Shown: in pieces, positions 1-9,006 of the stretch | How positions within the stretch are numbered: the stretch's first letter is position 1 | Layout: each line of letters begins with the position of its first letter | DNA from: Halarcobacter sp. | GTDB taxonomy: Bacteria; Campylobacterota; Campylobacteria; Campylobacterales; Arcobacteraceae | Direction of reading: 5' to 3' | Assembly: GCA_050296315.1 (NCBI GenBank) | Contig: JBNKRE010000006.1 | Span: forward strand, 89,760 to 153,759 | DNA length: 64,000 bases | Program-made: the position numbers and the translations under genes | The notes under the pieces: model-generated | Told to the model about the DNA's origin: nothing | The model's input: the letters and a program-made list of their open reading frames with translations, nothing else | Database searches by the model: none

Positions 1-440
1 TGTATTCCCCAAAAGGCAATGCAATTTTTAGTATCTAAAACTGCAACTCCCATTTGTGCTTGGTTTATATTTAGCTTTCCATCTTTTGATACTTTTGTAA
101 TATCTAGTGCATCAGTTGGACAAACTGGTACACATGGAATATCTGGACACATATAACAAGGGATATCTCTAGGGATAAAATATGGTGTCCCTAAAGGTTT
201 GTTATCTCCTGGTTTAGCTAAAACTAATGTATCATAAGGGCATGCTTCTACACACATTCCACATTTAATGCAAGTTTTTAAAAAATCCTCTTCCTCTAAA
301 GCTCCGGGTGGTCTTAAAAGAAGTGAAGATGCTGTCATTTCATCAACATATGCACTCCATACAAGTCCACCAAGGGCTGCAAGACCTGTTGCTCTTGCTA
401 TTGTTAAAAAGAATTTTCTTCTATCGTTTATCTCTTGCAT
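1..440 (-). CDS. napG: Ferredoxin-type quinol dehydrogenase subunit NapG (5' part; runs off window start)
   Basis: Not in ORF track. Minus-strand ATG at 440 reads MQEINDRRKFFLTIARATGLAALGGLVWSAYVDE...LRPPGALEEEDFLKTCIKCGMCVEACPYDTL...CYMCPDIPCVPVCPT; Tat-like RR plus multiple Fe-S Cys motifs; directly downstream of napA. Confidence 0.93.
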   Translation of the reverse strand, partial: MQEINDRRKFFLTIARATGLAALGGLVWSAYVDEMTASSLLLRPPGALEEEDFLKTCIKCGMCVEACPYDTLVLAKPGDNKPLGTPYFIPRDIPCYMCPDIPCVPVCPTDALDITKVSKDGKLNINQAQMGVAVLDTKNCIAFWGI

Positions 441-460
441 TTTTTACTCTTTATTTAAAC

Positions 461-3280
461 CTATGCTTTATAAATTTTTACAGCACATTTTTTAAAGTCT
501 GTTTGTTTTGACATAGGACAAGTCGCATCTAAACAAACTTTGTTGATGAAAACACTTTCATCGAACCATGGAACAAATACTAAACCTTTTGATGGTCTAT
601 TTCTTCCTCTAGTTTCAATTCTAGCTTTTACTTTTCCTCTTCTACTCTCTACCCAAGCTAATTCACCCTGTTTTACACCATATTTTTTAGCATCTTCTGG
701 GTGGATATAACATAATGCTTCTGGAACTGCTCTATATAATTCTGGAACTCTCATTGTCATAGTTCCACTATGCCAGTGTTCTAAAACTCTTCCTGTACAC
801 AACCAAACCGGATATTCAGTATCTGGCATTTCTGGTGGATCCATATATGGTCTTGCAAAGATTTTTGCTTTGTTTTTTAATGCTTTTTTAGTTTTATCTT
901 TTACTCCATTTAAGTCACCACTTGGCAATGCTTTTGCTAATGTTCCATAGAAAGCATGAGTATTATTTGTCCCTGCTTCTTTTACAGCTTTAGCTGCATA
1001 TGGGTCATATTTAACATTAAATCTCCATTGAGTTTCTTTACCGTCAACAACAGGCCATTTAAGTCCTCTAACTTTGTGATATACATCAAATGGAGCTAAG
1101 TCATGACCATGCCCTCTTGTAAATGCCGCATACTCTTCAAATAGATATTTTTGGATAAAGAAACCATAACCTTCAAAAACTTTTCCGTCACTTCCAACTA
1201 CATTTCTGCTATCACCCATAGCCTCAGAGTTATCATATCCAGCTTGAATAGGATCTTCAGGGTCAAGTTTATAAGATTTTGCAACATCATTAGCAAAAAG
1301 AATATCAAATAGAGTAGTATCTTCTTTATATCCCATAGCTTTTGCTTTTTCAATTACACTAGGAAGAGCCTCTTTTCTAGGTCCAGATGGAGCATATTCT
1401 CCCCAAACATCTTTTACTGTAAATCTTTTTGATAATTCAACCCATTGCCAAGTATCTGACATAGACTCACCTACAGGTAAAACTTGTTGTCTCCAGTGTT
1501 GAGTTCTTCTTTCTGCATTTCCATAAGCTCCCCATTTTTCATAAATCATCGCTGATGGTAAAATAAGGTCTGAAACTTTTGCTGAAATTCCTGGGTAACC
1601 ATCAGATGTAACAATAAAGTTATCCATTTCACGTGCAGCTTTAATCCAATGTGTAGCACTTGCAGAATCTTGGTAAGGGTTACATACATTTACCCACGCA
1701 AATTTAACAAGTCCATCTTCTATTCCTCTGTGGATTGCCATAATATGTTGTTTACCGACACCATTTAAAGTTCCTTGTGGAACCATCCATTTTTTCTCTG
1801 CAATACTTCTGTGTTTTGGATTTGCTACCATCATATCAGCAGGTAGTCTGTGTGTAAAAGTACCAACTTCTCTTGCAGTACCACATGCACTTGGTTGTCC
1901 TGTTAAAGAAAAGGCACCAGAACCAGGAAGTGCTTGTTTGTTTAATAAAAAGTGAACATTGTATGATAAAGTGTTTACCCATGTTCCTCTTGTATGTTGG
2001 TTCATACCCATTGTCCAGAAAGATACTATTTTTCTTCCTTTTTCAATATATAAAGAAGCTAATGTTTTAAGCTTTTTCTTAAACTCTTCAATATTTTCAT
2101 CAGGATTACCTTTAGAGATTTTAGCAACATAATCAAGAGTATATGGTTCTAAAGATTTTTTATAATCTTCAAATGAAATTTCCCAGTGTTTTAATGTTCC
2201 AGCTGTATGTTTCATTACATCCCCAGCTTTATATCCATAAGGAGCTAATGCAGGAGCTTCATTTTCAGAAACAATAGTTGTCATCTCTTTTGAGATTATC
2301 TCCATCTCTTTATCTGTGTATTTACCAGATTTTAAAGATTTTTCACCATCTCTTCTTAATCCATAACCAATATTAACTGGACCTGCTGCAAATATCATAT
2401 TTTTCTTAACAAAATCCCAATCAATTGCTTCTGGATGATTAAATACTATTTCATGAGCAATATAGTTCCAAATAGCTAAGTCTGTATTTGGAGTAAAAAT
2501 AATCTCAATATCAGCCAAATCAGAAGTTCTATGTCTATATGTAGACATATTGATTACTTTTACTCTATCAGGAGCAGATAGTTTTCTATCAGTTACTCTT
2601 GACCACAAAATAGGGTGCATCTCAGCCATATTTGAACCCCATGTAACAACAGTATCTGTAATCTCAATATCATCATAACACCCACTTGGTTCATCTACAC
2701 CAAATGTTTGATAAAACCCTACAACTGCCGATGCCATACAGTGTCTTGCATTTGGATCAATTGCATTTGATCTAAATCCAGCTTTCATCAATTTTTGTGC
2801 AGCATATCCTTCCATAATAGTATATTGTCCAGAAGCAAAGATACCAACACCTTCAGGTCCACTTGCCTTTAAAGCTTTTTTGATATGAATCTCCATCTCA
2901 TCAAAAGCTCTTTTCCAAGAAACCGGGGCAAATTTTCCATTTTTGTCAAATTCACCTTTTGAATTAACTCTTAATAAAGGTTGTTTCAATCTATCCGCAC
3001 CATACATGATTTTAGCGTTAAAATAACCTTTAATACAGTTAAGTCCTCTATTTACTGGTGCAGCTGGGTCACCTTTTACAGCAACTATTCTTCCATTTTT
3101 AGTTGCTAACATGATACCACAACCTGTACCACAGAACCTACAAGCTGCTTTATCCCATCTCCATCCACTTTCTGCTTGTTCAGCATTTGCTTTTAGCTGT
3201 GCAGGTACACCCATTCCAACTGCTGCTGCTGCACTTGCAGCTGCTGAACTTTTAAGAAAGTCTCTTCTTGAAAGTGACAT
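461..3280 (-). CDS. napA: Periplasmic nitrate reductase catalytic subunit
   Basis: Tat signal [15 protein letters not shown] [4Fe-4S] motif, NARHCMASA Mo-ligand region, [13 protein letters not shown]; 939 aa. Confidence 0.98.
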   Translation of the reverse strand: MSLSRRDFLKSSAAASAAAAVGMGVPAQLKANAEQAESGWRWDKAACRFCGTGCGIMLATKNGRIVAVKGDPAAPVNRGLNCIKGYFNAKIMYGADRLKQPLLRVNSKGEFDKNGKFAPVSWKRAFDEMEIHIKKALKASGPEGVGIFASGQYTIMEGYAAQKLMKAGFRSNAIDPNARHCMASAVVGFYQTFGVDEPSGCYDDIEITDTVVTWGSNMAEMHPILWSRVTDRKLSAPDRVKVINMSTYRHRTSDLADIEIIFTPNTDLAIWNYIAHEIVFNHPEAIDWDFVKKNMIFAAGPVNIGYGLRRDGEKSLKSGKYTDKEMEIISKEMTTIVSENEAPALAPYGYKAGDVMKHTAGTLKHWEISFEDYKKSLEPYTLDYVAKISKGNPDENIEEFKKKLKTLASLYIEKGRKIVSFWTMGMNQHTRGTWVNTLSYNVHFLLNKQALPGSGAFSLTGQPSACGTAREVGTFTHRLPADMMVANPKHRSIAEKKWMVPQGTLNGVGKQHIMAIHRGIEDGLVKFAWVNVCNPYQDSASATHWIKAAREMDNFIVTSDGYPGISAKVSDLILPSAMIYEKWGAYGNAERRTQHWRQQVLPVGESMSDTWQWVELSKRFTVKDVWGEYAPSGPRKEALPSVIEKAKAMGYKEDTTLFDILFANDVAKSYKLDPEDPIQAGYDNSEAMGDSRNVVGSDGKVFEGYGFFIQKYLFEEYAAFTRGHGHDLAPFDVYHKVRGLKWPVVDGKETQWRFNVKYDPYAAKAVKEAGTNNTHAFYGTLAKALPSGDLNGVKDKTKKALKNKAKIFARPYMDPPEMPDTEYPVWLCTGRVLEHWHSGTMTMRVPELYRAVPEALCYIHPEDAKKYGVKQGELAWVESRRGKVKARIETRGRNRPSKGLVFVPWFDESVFINKVCLDATCPMSKQTDFKKCAVKIYKA

Positions 3281-3342
3281 TATTCTCTCCTTTTATAAAT
3301 TTATTTACAATGAAAGTCTAACACTTAAGAGACTATATTTAT

Positions 3343-3356
3343 TTGACTTAGGTCAA
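3343..3356 (-). promoter_or_regulatory. Nss/FNR-type box upstream of napA
   Basis: TTGACTTAGGTCAA; minus-strand extended -10 (TGT)TAGACT at 3315-3320, 22 nt away. Confidence 0.8.
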
Positions 3357-3490
3357 GTTACTATTAATTTATATTTATAAGTTTTATATTAGGTCGAAAT
3401 TATTTAATATAATTAATTATTTAGTTGCTTTTAAATTTAATTTATTTAAGTTAATATATATAAAATTTTTATTTTTAGGAGGATTGGAAG

Positions 3491-5860
3491 ATGTTAAAGA
3501 AACTATCTATAAAGCAAAAACTAGTTTTAATTATGATGATACCGCTAACTGTTGTTATATTTTTATCAGCAAAACTGGCCTATGACTCATATATAAAAAA
3601 TATAAACTTAGATAGGATTCAGAAAATTGTTATTTTATCTACTAAAATAAGTGCCTTAGTTCATGAAACACAAAAAGAAAGAGGTATGACAGCTGGTTTT
3701 CTTGGTAGTAAAGGGGTAAAGTTTTCTGATGCACTTCCAAAACAAAGAGAAAATACAAATCAGAAAAAAGAGGCTTTGTTATCTTTTTTAGAAAGTTTTA
3801 ATATAAAAGATTATGATGAAGAGTTTCAATTAGTAATTAACAATGCCCTAGAGCAGTTAAAAGAAATAAATAGTATCAGAGATAAAGTCTCTTCTCAAAA
3901 CATAGTTACATCTGATGCAATAGCTTATTATACAAAAATGAATGGACTTTTTATAAATGCTATTGGGGCTTCAATACATTTATCTCAAAGTGCAAGTTTA
4001 TCTCAAAAACTTACAGCATATACAAACTTTTTATTATCAAAAGAGAGAGCAGGAATTGAAAGAGCAGTTGGCTCTAATACTTTTGCTAGAGATAATTTTG
4101 CAGAAGGGATGAAGTTAAAGTTTATAGACCTTGTTTCAAAACAAGATGGTTATATTGATTCTTTTATGAAAGTTGCAACACATGAAGCAAAAGTTTTTTT
4201 CAAAGATACCTTAAAGGGTGAAGGAGTTGATGAAGTAAATAGAATGAGAAAACTCCTTTTTACAAAAGATTCTGATTTTGGTATAGACTCAAAATATTGG
4301 TTTGACACAATTACCAAAAAAATCAATTTATTAAAAAAGGTTGAAGATTATTTAGCTGATGAAATATTAAAATCAGCAAATGAAGAACAAAGTAAAACTT
4401 TTATAGAAACGTTGATTTTTGCAATTATGACCACTATAGGTATAGCACTTACTTTAATATTGGCAAGAACAATTGCTTTTACTATCTTAATTGATGTTAA
4501 TGATGTAAAAAAAGGTTTAGATGATTTCTTTGCCTTTATAAATTTTGAAAAAGATGATTTATCATTGATAAATATAGAATCAGAAGATGAATTTGGACAA
4601 ATGTCACGTATAATAAATAAAAATATTGAAAATACAAAGGTAAATATCCAAACAGATAAAGATTTAATCAAAGAAACAATTCAAGTTGCAGATAAGATTA
4701 GTAAAGGACATTTAAGTTCTAGAATACAAAAACATTCAAACAATCCGCAATTGAATGAATTAAAAAATATTATTAATGAGATGTTAAATACTATGCAAGG
4801 GAATATTGAAAGAATAATTGATGTATTAACAGCTTATTCAAAACTAGATTATAGACAAAAAGTTGAGAAAGGAAACCTTGAAGGTACTTTATCAAAACTA
4901 TGTGATGATGTAAATATACTTAGAGATGCTATCACTAAAACTTTAATTAATAACAAAAAAAATGGTATGATTTTAAGTCAAAACTCTCGGACACTTACTA
5001 TGAATTTAAGTGAGTTATCAAATGCTGCAAATACACAAGCAGCTTCATTGGAAGAAACTGCTGCTTCACTTGAAGAGATAACATCAACACTAAAAATAAA
5101 TACTGAATCAACTTCTCAAATGGCAAAATATGGTGAAAGAGTTAAAGATTCTGTAAAAATTGGACATGATTTAGCTAATGAAACAGTAAAATCTATGGAA
5201 GAGATTAATAAACAAACTACAGCAATAACAGAAGCGATCACAGTAATTGACCAAATTGCTTTTCAAACAAATATTTTATCTTTAAATGCTGCTGTTGAAG
5301 CTGCAACTGCTGGTGAAGCAGGAAAAGGTTTTGCAGTTGTTGCACAAGAGGTTAGAAACTTAGCAAGTAGATCAGCCGAAGCTGCAAAAGAGATAAAATC
5401 TATTGTAGAAAATGCTCAATTAAAAACAAATGATGGGAAAATAATAGCATCAAATATGATTAAAGGTTATGATGAATTAAATGACAATATTACTAAAACC
5501 CTTCAATTTATTGATGATGTGGCAAATTCAAGTAGAGAACAAGAAAGAGGTATTCTTCAAATAAATGATGCAGTTAATCAATTAGATGAACTTACTCAAA
5601 GAAATGCTCAAAATACTGTAAATGCTGATGCAATCGCTAAAAAGACAGAGGTTATTTCAAATATTATTGTGGATGATGCAAATTCAAAAGAGTTTGATGG
5701 TAAAGATAGTATTGATATGAGAGATAAAGCAGTTAATGAGAATTTTACAGGAGTAGAAAGAAGAAGTGTGGAAAGAGAGATAAAACAAAATAAAGAAGTG
5801 TATACAAAAGTTAAAAAGACTCCTAAAAAAACTGAAGCAGATGAATGGGATAGTTTTTAA
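3491..5860 (+). CDS. Methyl-accepting chemotaxis protein with NIT (nitrate/nitrite-sensing) domain
   Basis: Two TM segments, periplasmic HETQKERG and KERAGIERA NIT-type motifs, MCP hairpin IAFQTNILSLNAAVEAATAGEAGKGFAVVA, C-terminal EWDSF. Confidence 0.9.
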   Translation: MLKKLSIKQKLVLIMMIPLTVVIFLSAKLAYDSYIKNINLDRIQKIVILSTKISALVHETQKERGMTAGFLGSKGVKFSDALPKQRENTNQKKEALLSFLESFNIKDYDEEFQLVINNALEQLKEINSIRDKVSSQNIVTSDAIAYYTKMNGLFINAIGASIHLSQSASLSQKLTAYTNFLLSKERAGIERAVGSNTFARDNFAEGMKLKFIDLVSKQDGYIDSFMKVATHEAKVFFKDTLKGEGVDEVNRMRKLLFTKDSDFGIDSKYWFDTITKKINLLKKVEDYLADEILKSANEEQSKTFIETLIFAIMTTIGIALTLILARTIAFTILIDVNDVKKGLDDFFAFINFEKDDLSLINIESEDEFGQMSRIINKNIENTKVNIQTDKDLIKETIQVADKISKGHLSSRIQKHSNNPQLNELKNIINEMLNTMQGNIERIIDVLTAYSKLDYRQKVEKGNLEGTLSKLCDDVNILRDAITKTLINNKKNGMILSQNSRTLTMNLSELSNAANTQAASLEETAASLEEITSTLKINTESTSQMAKYGERVKDSVKIGHDLANETVKSMEEINKQTTAITEAITVIDQIAFQTNILSLNAAVEAATAGEAGKGFAVVAQEVRNLASRSAEAAKEIKSIVENAQLKTNDGKIIASNMIKGYDELNDNITKTLQFIDDVANSSREQERGILQINDAVNQLDELTQRNAQNTVNADAIAKKTEVISNIIVDDANSKEFDGKDSIDMRDKAVNENFTGVERRSVEREIKQNKEVYTKVKKTPKKTEADEWDSF

Positions 5861-5870
5861 AAAAGATAAA

Positions 5871-5905
5871 AATATGGTTTAAAATTTAAATTTTTAAACC
5901 ATATT
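5871..5905. terminator. Bidirectional hairpin between convergent MCP and nnrS
   Basis: AATATGGTTTAAAA / TTTTAAACCATATT 14-bp inverted repeat. Confidence 0.6.
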
Positions 5906-7073
5906 AATTTTTTATTCTAAGTAAAGTTCTTGTATATCTAAAACTCCAAATTAAAAATAACACTATCCATAACATTGAACTTAGATGTAAAAATCCCATA
6001 AAAATATTTGAATCACTTAAAAATAAAAAAGAAGCAGTTATTCTAGATATAACAACTATTTGTGTTAATACAAATATAAATATTGTTAGTTTATCAGCTA
6101 CAATTTTTTGTGCAGGTATTGCATGACCCATTACAACTCTACTTCCAAAACCTATTAGTAAAGTTGTTATAAACCCCAAAGCAAAAATATGAAGGGCAAG
6201 TTTTAGAGAATAAAGATTAAAAATAGATTCTATAAATAAAACTATAAAACCAATTTCAAACCATATAAATGATAAGACAAGAATAGATATTATTGCAGGA
6301 GTTTTTTTATAAATATTTAATTTAAAAACAATATATCCAAAAAATATCATTGCAAAAAAAGTAACTATTTTAACTATTTGAAGTTCAAACTCTAAAGATA
6401 AACCTAAAATAAAAAAAATAGTTATAGAGATTTCTCTTATATATCTTGGTTTTTCCCATTGAGCTATTTGCATATATGCACTATAAAATGCAGGAACCAT
6501 TCTTAAAGCTACTAAAAATACTAAGCAGATTAGATAAGCAAAAAATATCAATAAAGATAAATTTGTTTGAAAAATCACTTCTAAAAGTAAAAATATAGCT
6601 CCAAACAAAAACACAAGATTTATAAAGATGCTATCTTTTTTATTTGGAATTTTCCCTTTTTTTATTATTTCATAAAAAGTTTTTACAAAATAAAGCATTG
6701 TAAAAGAGACTATAATTTTTCCTAAAATAGAAAAACCAATTAAAGATAAAATTACTCCAATTTGATAAGTAAACCAAGGGATAAGATAGCTGTTTTTACT
6801 TATAACTTCTGATGCATTGTATTTTGGTATTACAGTTATCAAAAATCCTAAAAAAGCATTTGTTAAAACTGCATAGTTTAAACCAAAACCATGAATCAAA
6901 GAGAATTCTAAAGGTATTTTTCCTAAAAATGAGATAAAAGTTAAAACCATTATTGTAATAGCAAAAAATATCGCACTTGTAAAATAAAGCTGATGGGCTT
7001 GAGAGCTAAATCTATCCCACCATTTTTCTTCAATAGGAACAAAAAAGTTGTTTGGATTTGTAGAGAAATTCAT
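5904..7073 (-). CDS. nnrS: NnrS family membrane protein (NO/nitrosative stress)
   Basis: Polytopic hydrophobic protein; HGFG..Y...LGFLITVIPKY, RMVPAF, LHIFALGF...GSRVVMGH patterns; context. Confidence 0.8.
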   Translation of the reverse strand: MNFSTNPNNFFVPIEEKWWDRFSSQAHQLYFTSAIFFAITIMVLTFISFLGKIPLEFSLIHGFGLNYAVLTNAFLGFLITVIPKYNASEVISKNSYLIPWFTYQIGVILSLIGFSILGKIIVSFTMLYFVKTFYEIIKKGKIPNKKDSIFINLVFLFGAIFLLLEVIFQTNLSLLIFFAYLICLVFLVALRMVPAFYSAYMQIAQWEKPRYIREISITIFFILGLSLEFELQIVKIVTFFAMIFFGYIVFKLNIYKKTPAIISILVLSFIWFEIGFIVLFIESIFNLYSLKLALHIFALGFITTLLIGFGSRVVMGHAIPAQKIVADKLTIFIFVLTQIVVISRITASFLFLSDSNIFMGFLHLSSMLWIVLFLIWSFRYTRTLLRIKN

Positions 7074-7115
7074 AATTTTTCCTTAAATAATATATTAAAA
7101 GCAATATAGCTATTT

Positions 7116-7130
7116 TAATAATCACTATCA
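7116..7130. promoter_or_regulatory. Fur/PerR-like 7-1-7 box in nnrS promoter
   Basis: TAATAAT-C-ACTATCA, 2 mismatches to TGATAATnATTATCA; abuts the Nss box. Confidence 0.4.
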
Positions 7131-7144
7131 TTGATATAAGTCAA
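7131..7144 (-). promoter_or_regulatory. Nss/FNR-type box upstream of nnrS
   Basis: TTGATATAAGTCAA; -10 TATATT at 7103-7108 (minus), 22 nt away. Confidence 0.8.
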
Positions 7145-7158
7145 TAAATTTAAAAATA

Positions 7159-7737
7159 TTAATCCTCTTTGGAGTCTTTTTTTGGATTGAGTATGAATTT
7201 ATTAAATTTTATTCCATCAGGGTAGTGTCTATGTTTTGAAATATTATTTACAACTAAAGCAATTACTAATAATATCACAGCACCAGTAGTGACAGGATAT
7301 AAAACATAGATAAAACCTAAATTATGAATATCATCACTTCCTAAAACTGCTATTAATGCAGTTGCTCCTCCTGGAGGATGTAAGGTTAATGTTAGTTGCA
7401 TTACAAAAATAGAAGTTGCAACTGCAAAAGCAGAACAAAAAAGTAAATTTCCAAAAAAAAGTTTATATGAAACAACACCAATTATAGCAGATAGTATATG
7501 TCCACCAAGAAGATTTCTAGGTTGTGCCAAAGGGGAATGAATAGCTCCATAAACTAAAACAGCACTTGCTCCAAATGAACCTATAACTAATCCTAAGTCT
7601 TCATCTCCTAAAATACCTCTATGAAAAAGTGTTATAAATAATATTCCAAGAAAAGAACCTATCCAAGACCAGATAATATTTGATCTTTCAAGAGGTTCAG
7701 TATTTATTTTTTTAAATTGTTTAAAAAATTTTTTCAT
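7159..7737 (-). CDS. HPP family membrane protein (possible nitrite transporter)
   Basis: SFGASAVL, SPLAQPRNLLGGH and LHPPGGATAL motifs; ATG at 7737 preferred, in-frame TTG at 7758 is an alternative. Confidence 0.9.
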   Translation of the reverse strand: MKKFFKQFKKINTEPLERSNIIWSWIGSFLGILFITLFHRGILGDEDLGLVIGSFGASAVLVYGAIHSPLAQPRNLLGGHILSAIIGVVSYKLFFGNLLFCSAFAVATSIFVMQLTLTLHPPGGATALIAVLGSDDIHNLGFIYVLYPVTTGAVILLVIALVVNNISKHRHYPDGIKFNKFILNPKKDSKED

Positions 7738-7756
7738 ATGCCTCTTTTTTATATTC

Positions 7757-7783
7757 AAAAAAAGCCCTCAAAAAAGAGGGCTT
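7757..7783 (-). terminator. Intrinsic terminator inside the HPP 5' leader
   Basis: Minus strand AAGCCCTC-TTTTTT-GAGGGCTT followed by TTTTT. Confidence 0.7.
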
Positions 7784-7892
7784 AATGATTTAATTTTAAT
7801 TAATTTTTATATTGTTAAATCTAAAAGATCACCATATATTGATTCTACTTTATGTAGTTTTTTTAGTATATATAAAAATAAAAAGAAAAAAT

Positions 7893-7906
7893 TAGACTTA
7901 GGTCAA
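7893..7906 (-). promoter_or_regulatory. Nss/FNR-type box (1 mismatch) upstream of HPP leader
   Basis: TAGACTTAGGTCAA; -10 TATACT at 7865-7870 (minus), 22 nt away. Confidence 0.7.
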
Positions 7907-7927
7907 GAAATAGAGTTTTATAGCTAT

Positions 7928-7941
7928 TTGATTTGAATCAA
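7928..7941 (+). promoter_or_regulatory. Perfect FNR-consensus box upstream of Cys-rich microprotein
   Basis: TTGATTTGAATCAA; TATAAT at 7964-7969, 22 nt away. Confidence 0.85.
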
Positions 7942-7994
7942 TATAAAAGTAGTAATTTTTAAGTATAATCAATTTATAAACTTAGGGGTAGATT

Positions 7995-8183
7995 ATGTTT
8001 TTTAATCTTTTTAAAAAAAAGAAGTATATTAAGATGAAACTTCCAAAATATGTATGTAAACATTGTAAATATACTTGCAAAAATTGTGATATGCTTTTTT
8101 GTTATTCTTGTCATATGAATGAAGCTAACCCTTGTCCTAAATGTGGAAAAAGAAATATTGACTATCAAAAAAATGATTCTTAG
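7995..8183 (+). CDS. 62-aa Cys-rich putative metal-binding microprotein (4 CxxC)
   Basis: CKHC-x3-CKNC-x4-CYSC-x7-CPKC; AGGGG RBS; dedicated promoter. Confidence 0.75.
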   Translation: MFFNLFKKKKYIKMKLPKYVCKHCKYTCKNCDMLFCYSCHMNEANPCPKCGKRNIDYQKNDS

Positions 8184-8881
8184 TAATCAAAATTTCTATA
8201 CTTGATTTTAAAACTATACTTATTGTCAAATTCTCTAAAAAACTCTTTAGTTATAGAATTTTTAGGAATATTTGATAAAGTAGGAACAGAATTTAAACAT
8301 TTTTGAATATAGTAAGTTTTCGTGTATTTATATTTTTGTAAAACTTCTAAAATCTCATTTATATCATTTTTTGAAAAAAGTGAATTATGGTATGTAGTTC
8401 TTACTTCAAAATCCAAATTTGAATCTATTAATAGTTTTAAACTCTCAACAACTTTTTCATACTCTTTGTTTTTTGTAATTTTAAAAAAGTTTGTTTTAGA
8501 GGTTTTAAAATCCAATGCAATAAAATCTAATAAATTGTTTTTTATAAGCTTTTCTAAAACTTGTGGTTTGAGACCATTTGTATCAAGTTTTATTTTAAAA
8601 TCCATTGATTTTATATATTTACAAATATCATATATCTCTTTATTTAAAGTTGGCTCTCCACCTGATAAAACTACACCTTTTAGAAGATTTTCTCTTTGTT
8701 TCAAAAAAGGGATTAGTTGTTCAAAACTATATTTGCCTTTTTTTAAAACAATATCAGGATTATGGCAATAATCACACCTCATATTACAACCGTTAAACCA
8801 GATAATACAAGATGGATATTGCTCAAAATCCAGAAGAGTAAAAGGGGCTAAACTATCAATTATCTTTTTTTTGCTCCACAA
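8180..8881 (-). CDS. nrdG: Anaerobic ribonucleotide reductase activating radical-SAM enzyme
   Basis: GCNMRCDYCHN CxxxCxxC, GVVLSGGEPT, KLDTNG; downstream of nrdD; TTG start uncertain. Confidence 0.92.
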   Translation of the reverse strand: MWSKKKIIDSLAPFTLLDFEQYPSCIIWFNGCNMRCDYCHNPDIVLKKGKYSFEQLIPFLKQRENLLKGVVLSGGEPTLNKEIYDICKYIKSMDFKIKLDTNGLKPQVLEKLIKNNLLDFIALDFKTSKTNFFKITKNKEYEKVVESLKLLIDSNLDFEVRTTYHNSLFSKNDINEILEVLQKYKYTKTYYIQKCLNSVPTLSNIPKNSITKEFFREFDNKYSFKIKYRNFDY

Positions 8882-8996
8882 AATATACCCTTTGTTTATG
8901 TTCAGCTTTTTTTCCTATATTAAAACTCTCAACTGGTCTATGATAACCCATAACTCTAGTATAAACAATACATTTTGTTCTCTTTTTTTCTTCCAT
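8856..8996 (-). CDS. 46-aa stand-alone NrdD C-terminal glycyl-radical domain
   Basis: MEEKKRTKCIVYTRVMGYHRPVESFNIGKKAEHKQRVYF...; RVxGY glycyl-radical motif; own RBS (TAAGGAG, 6 nt before ATG) overlapping the nrdD stop. Confidence 0.88.
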   Translation of the reverse strand: MEEKKRTKCIVYTRVMGYHRPVESFNIGKKAEHKQRVYFVEQKKDN

Positions 8997-9006
8997 CTTA
9001 TTCTCC

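Noticed and set aside
268-511. ORF-track entries 268..495 (+) and 308..511 (+)
   Set aside because: Antisense shadows of napG/napA; the real gene is napG on the minus strand
3384-3397. Degenerate second Nss box (TTATATTAGGTCGA) that might drive the MCP
   Set aside because: Three mismatches and no TAnnnT hexamer at the 22-nt spacing
7974-8168. 64-aa minus-strand ORF opposite the Cys-rich microprotein
   Set aside because: No RBS or promoter support; the plus-strand ORF has box, -10, RBS and a patterned Cys motif
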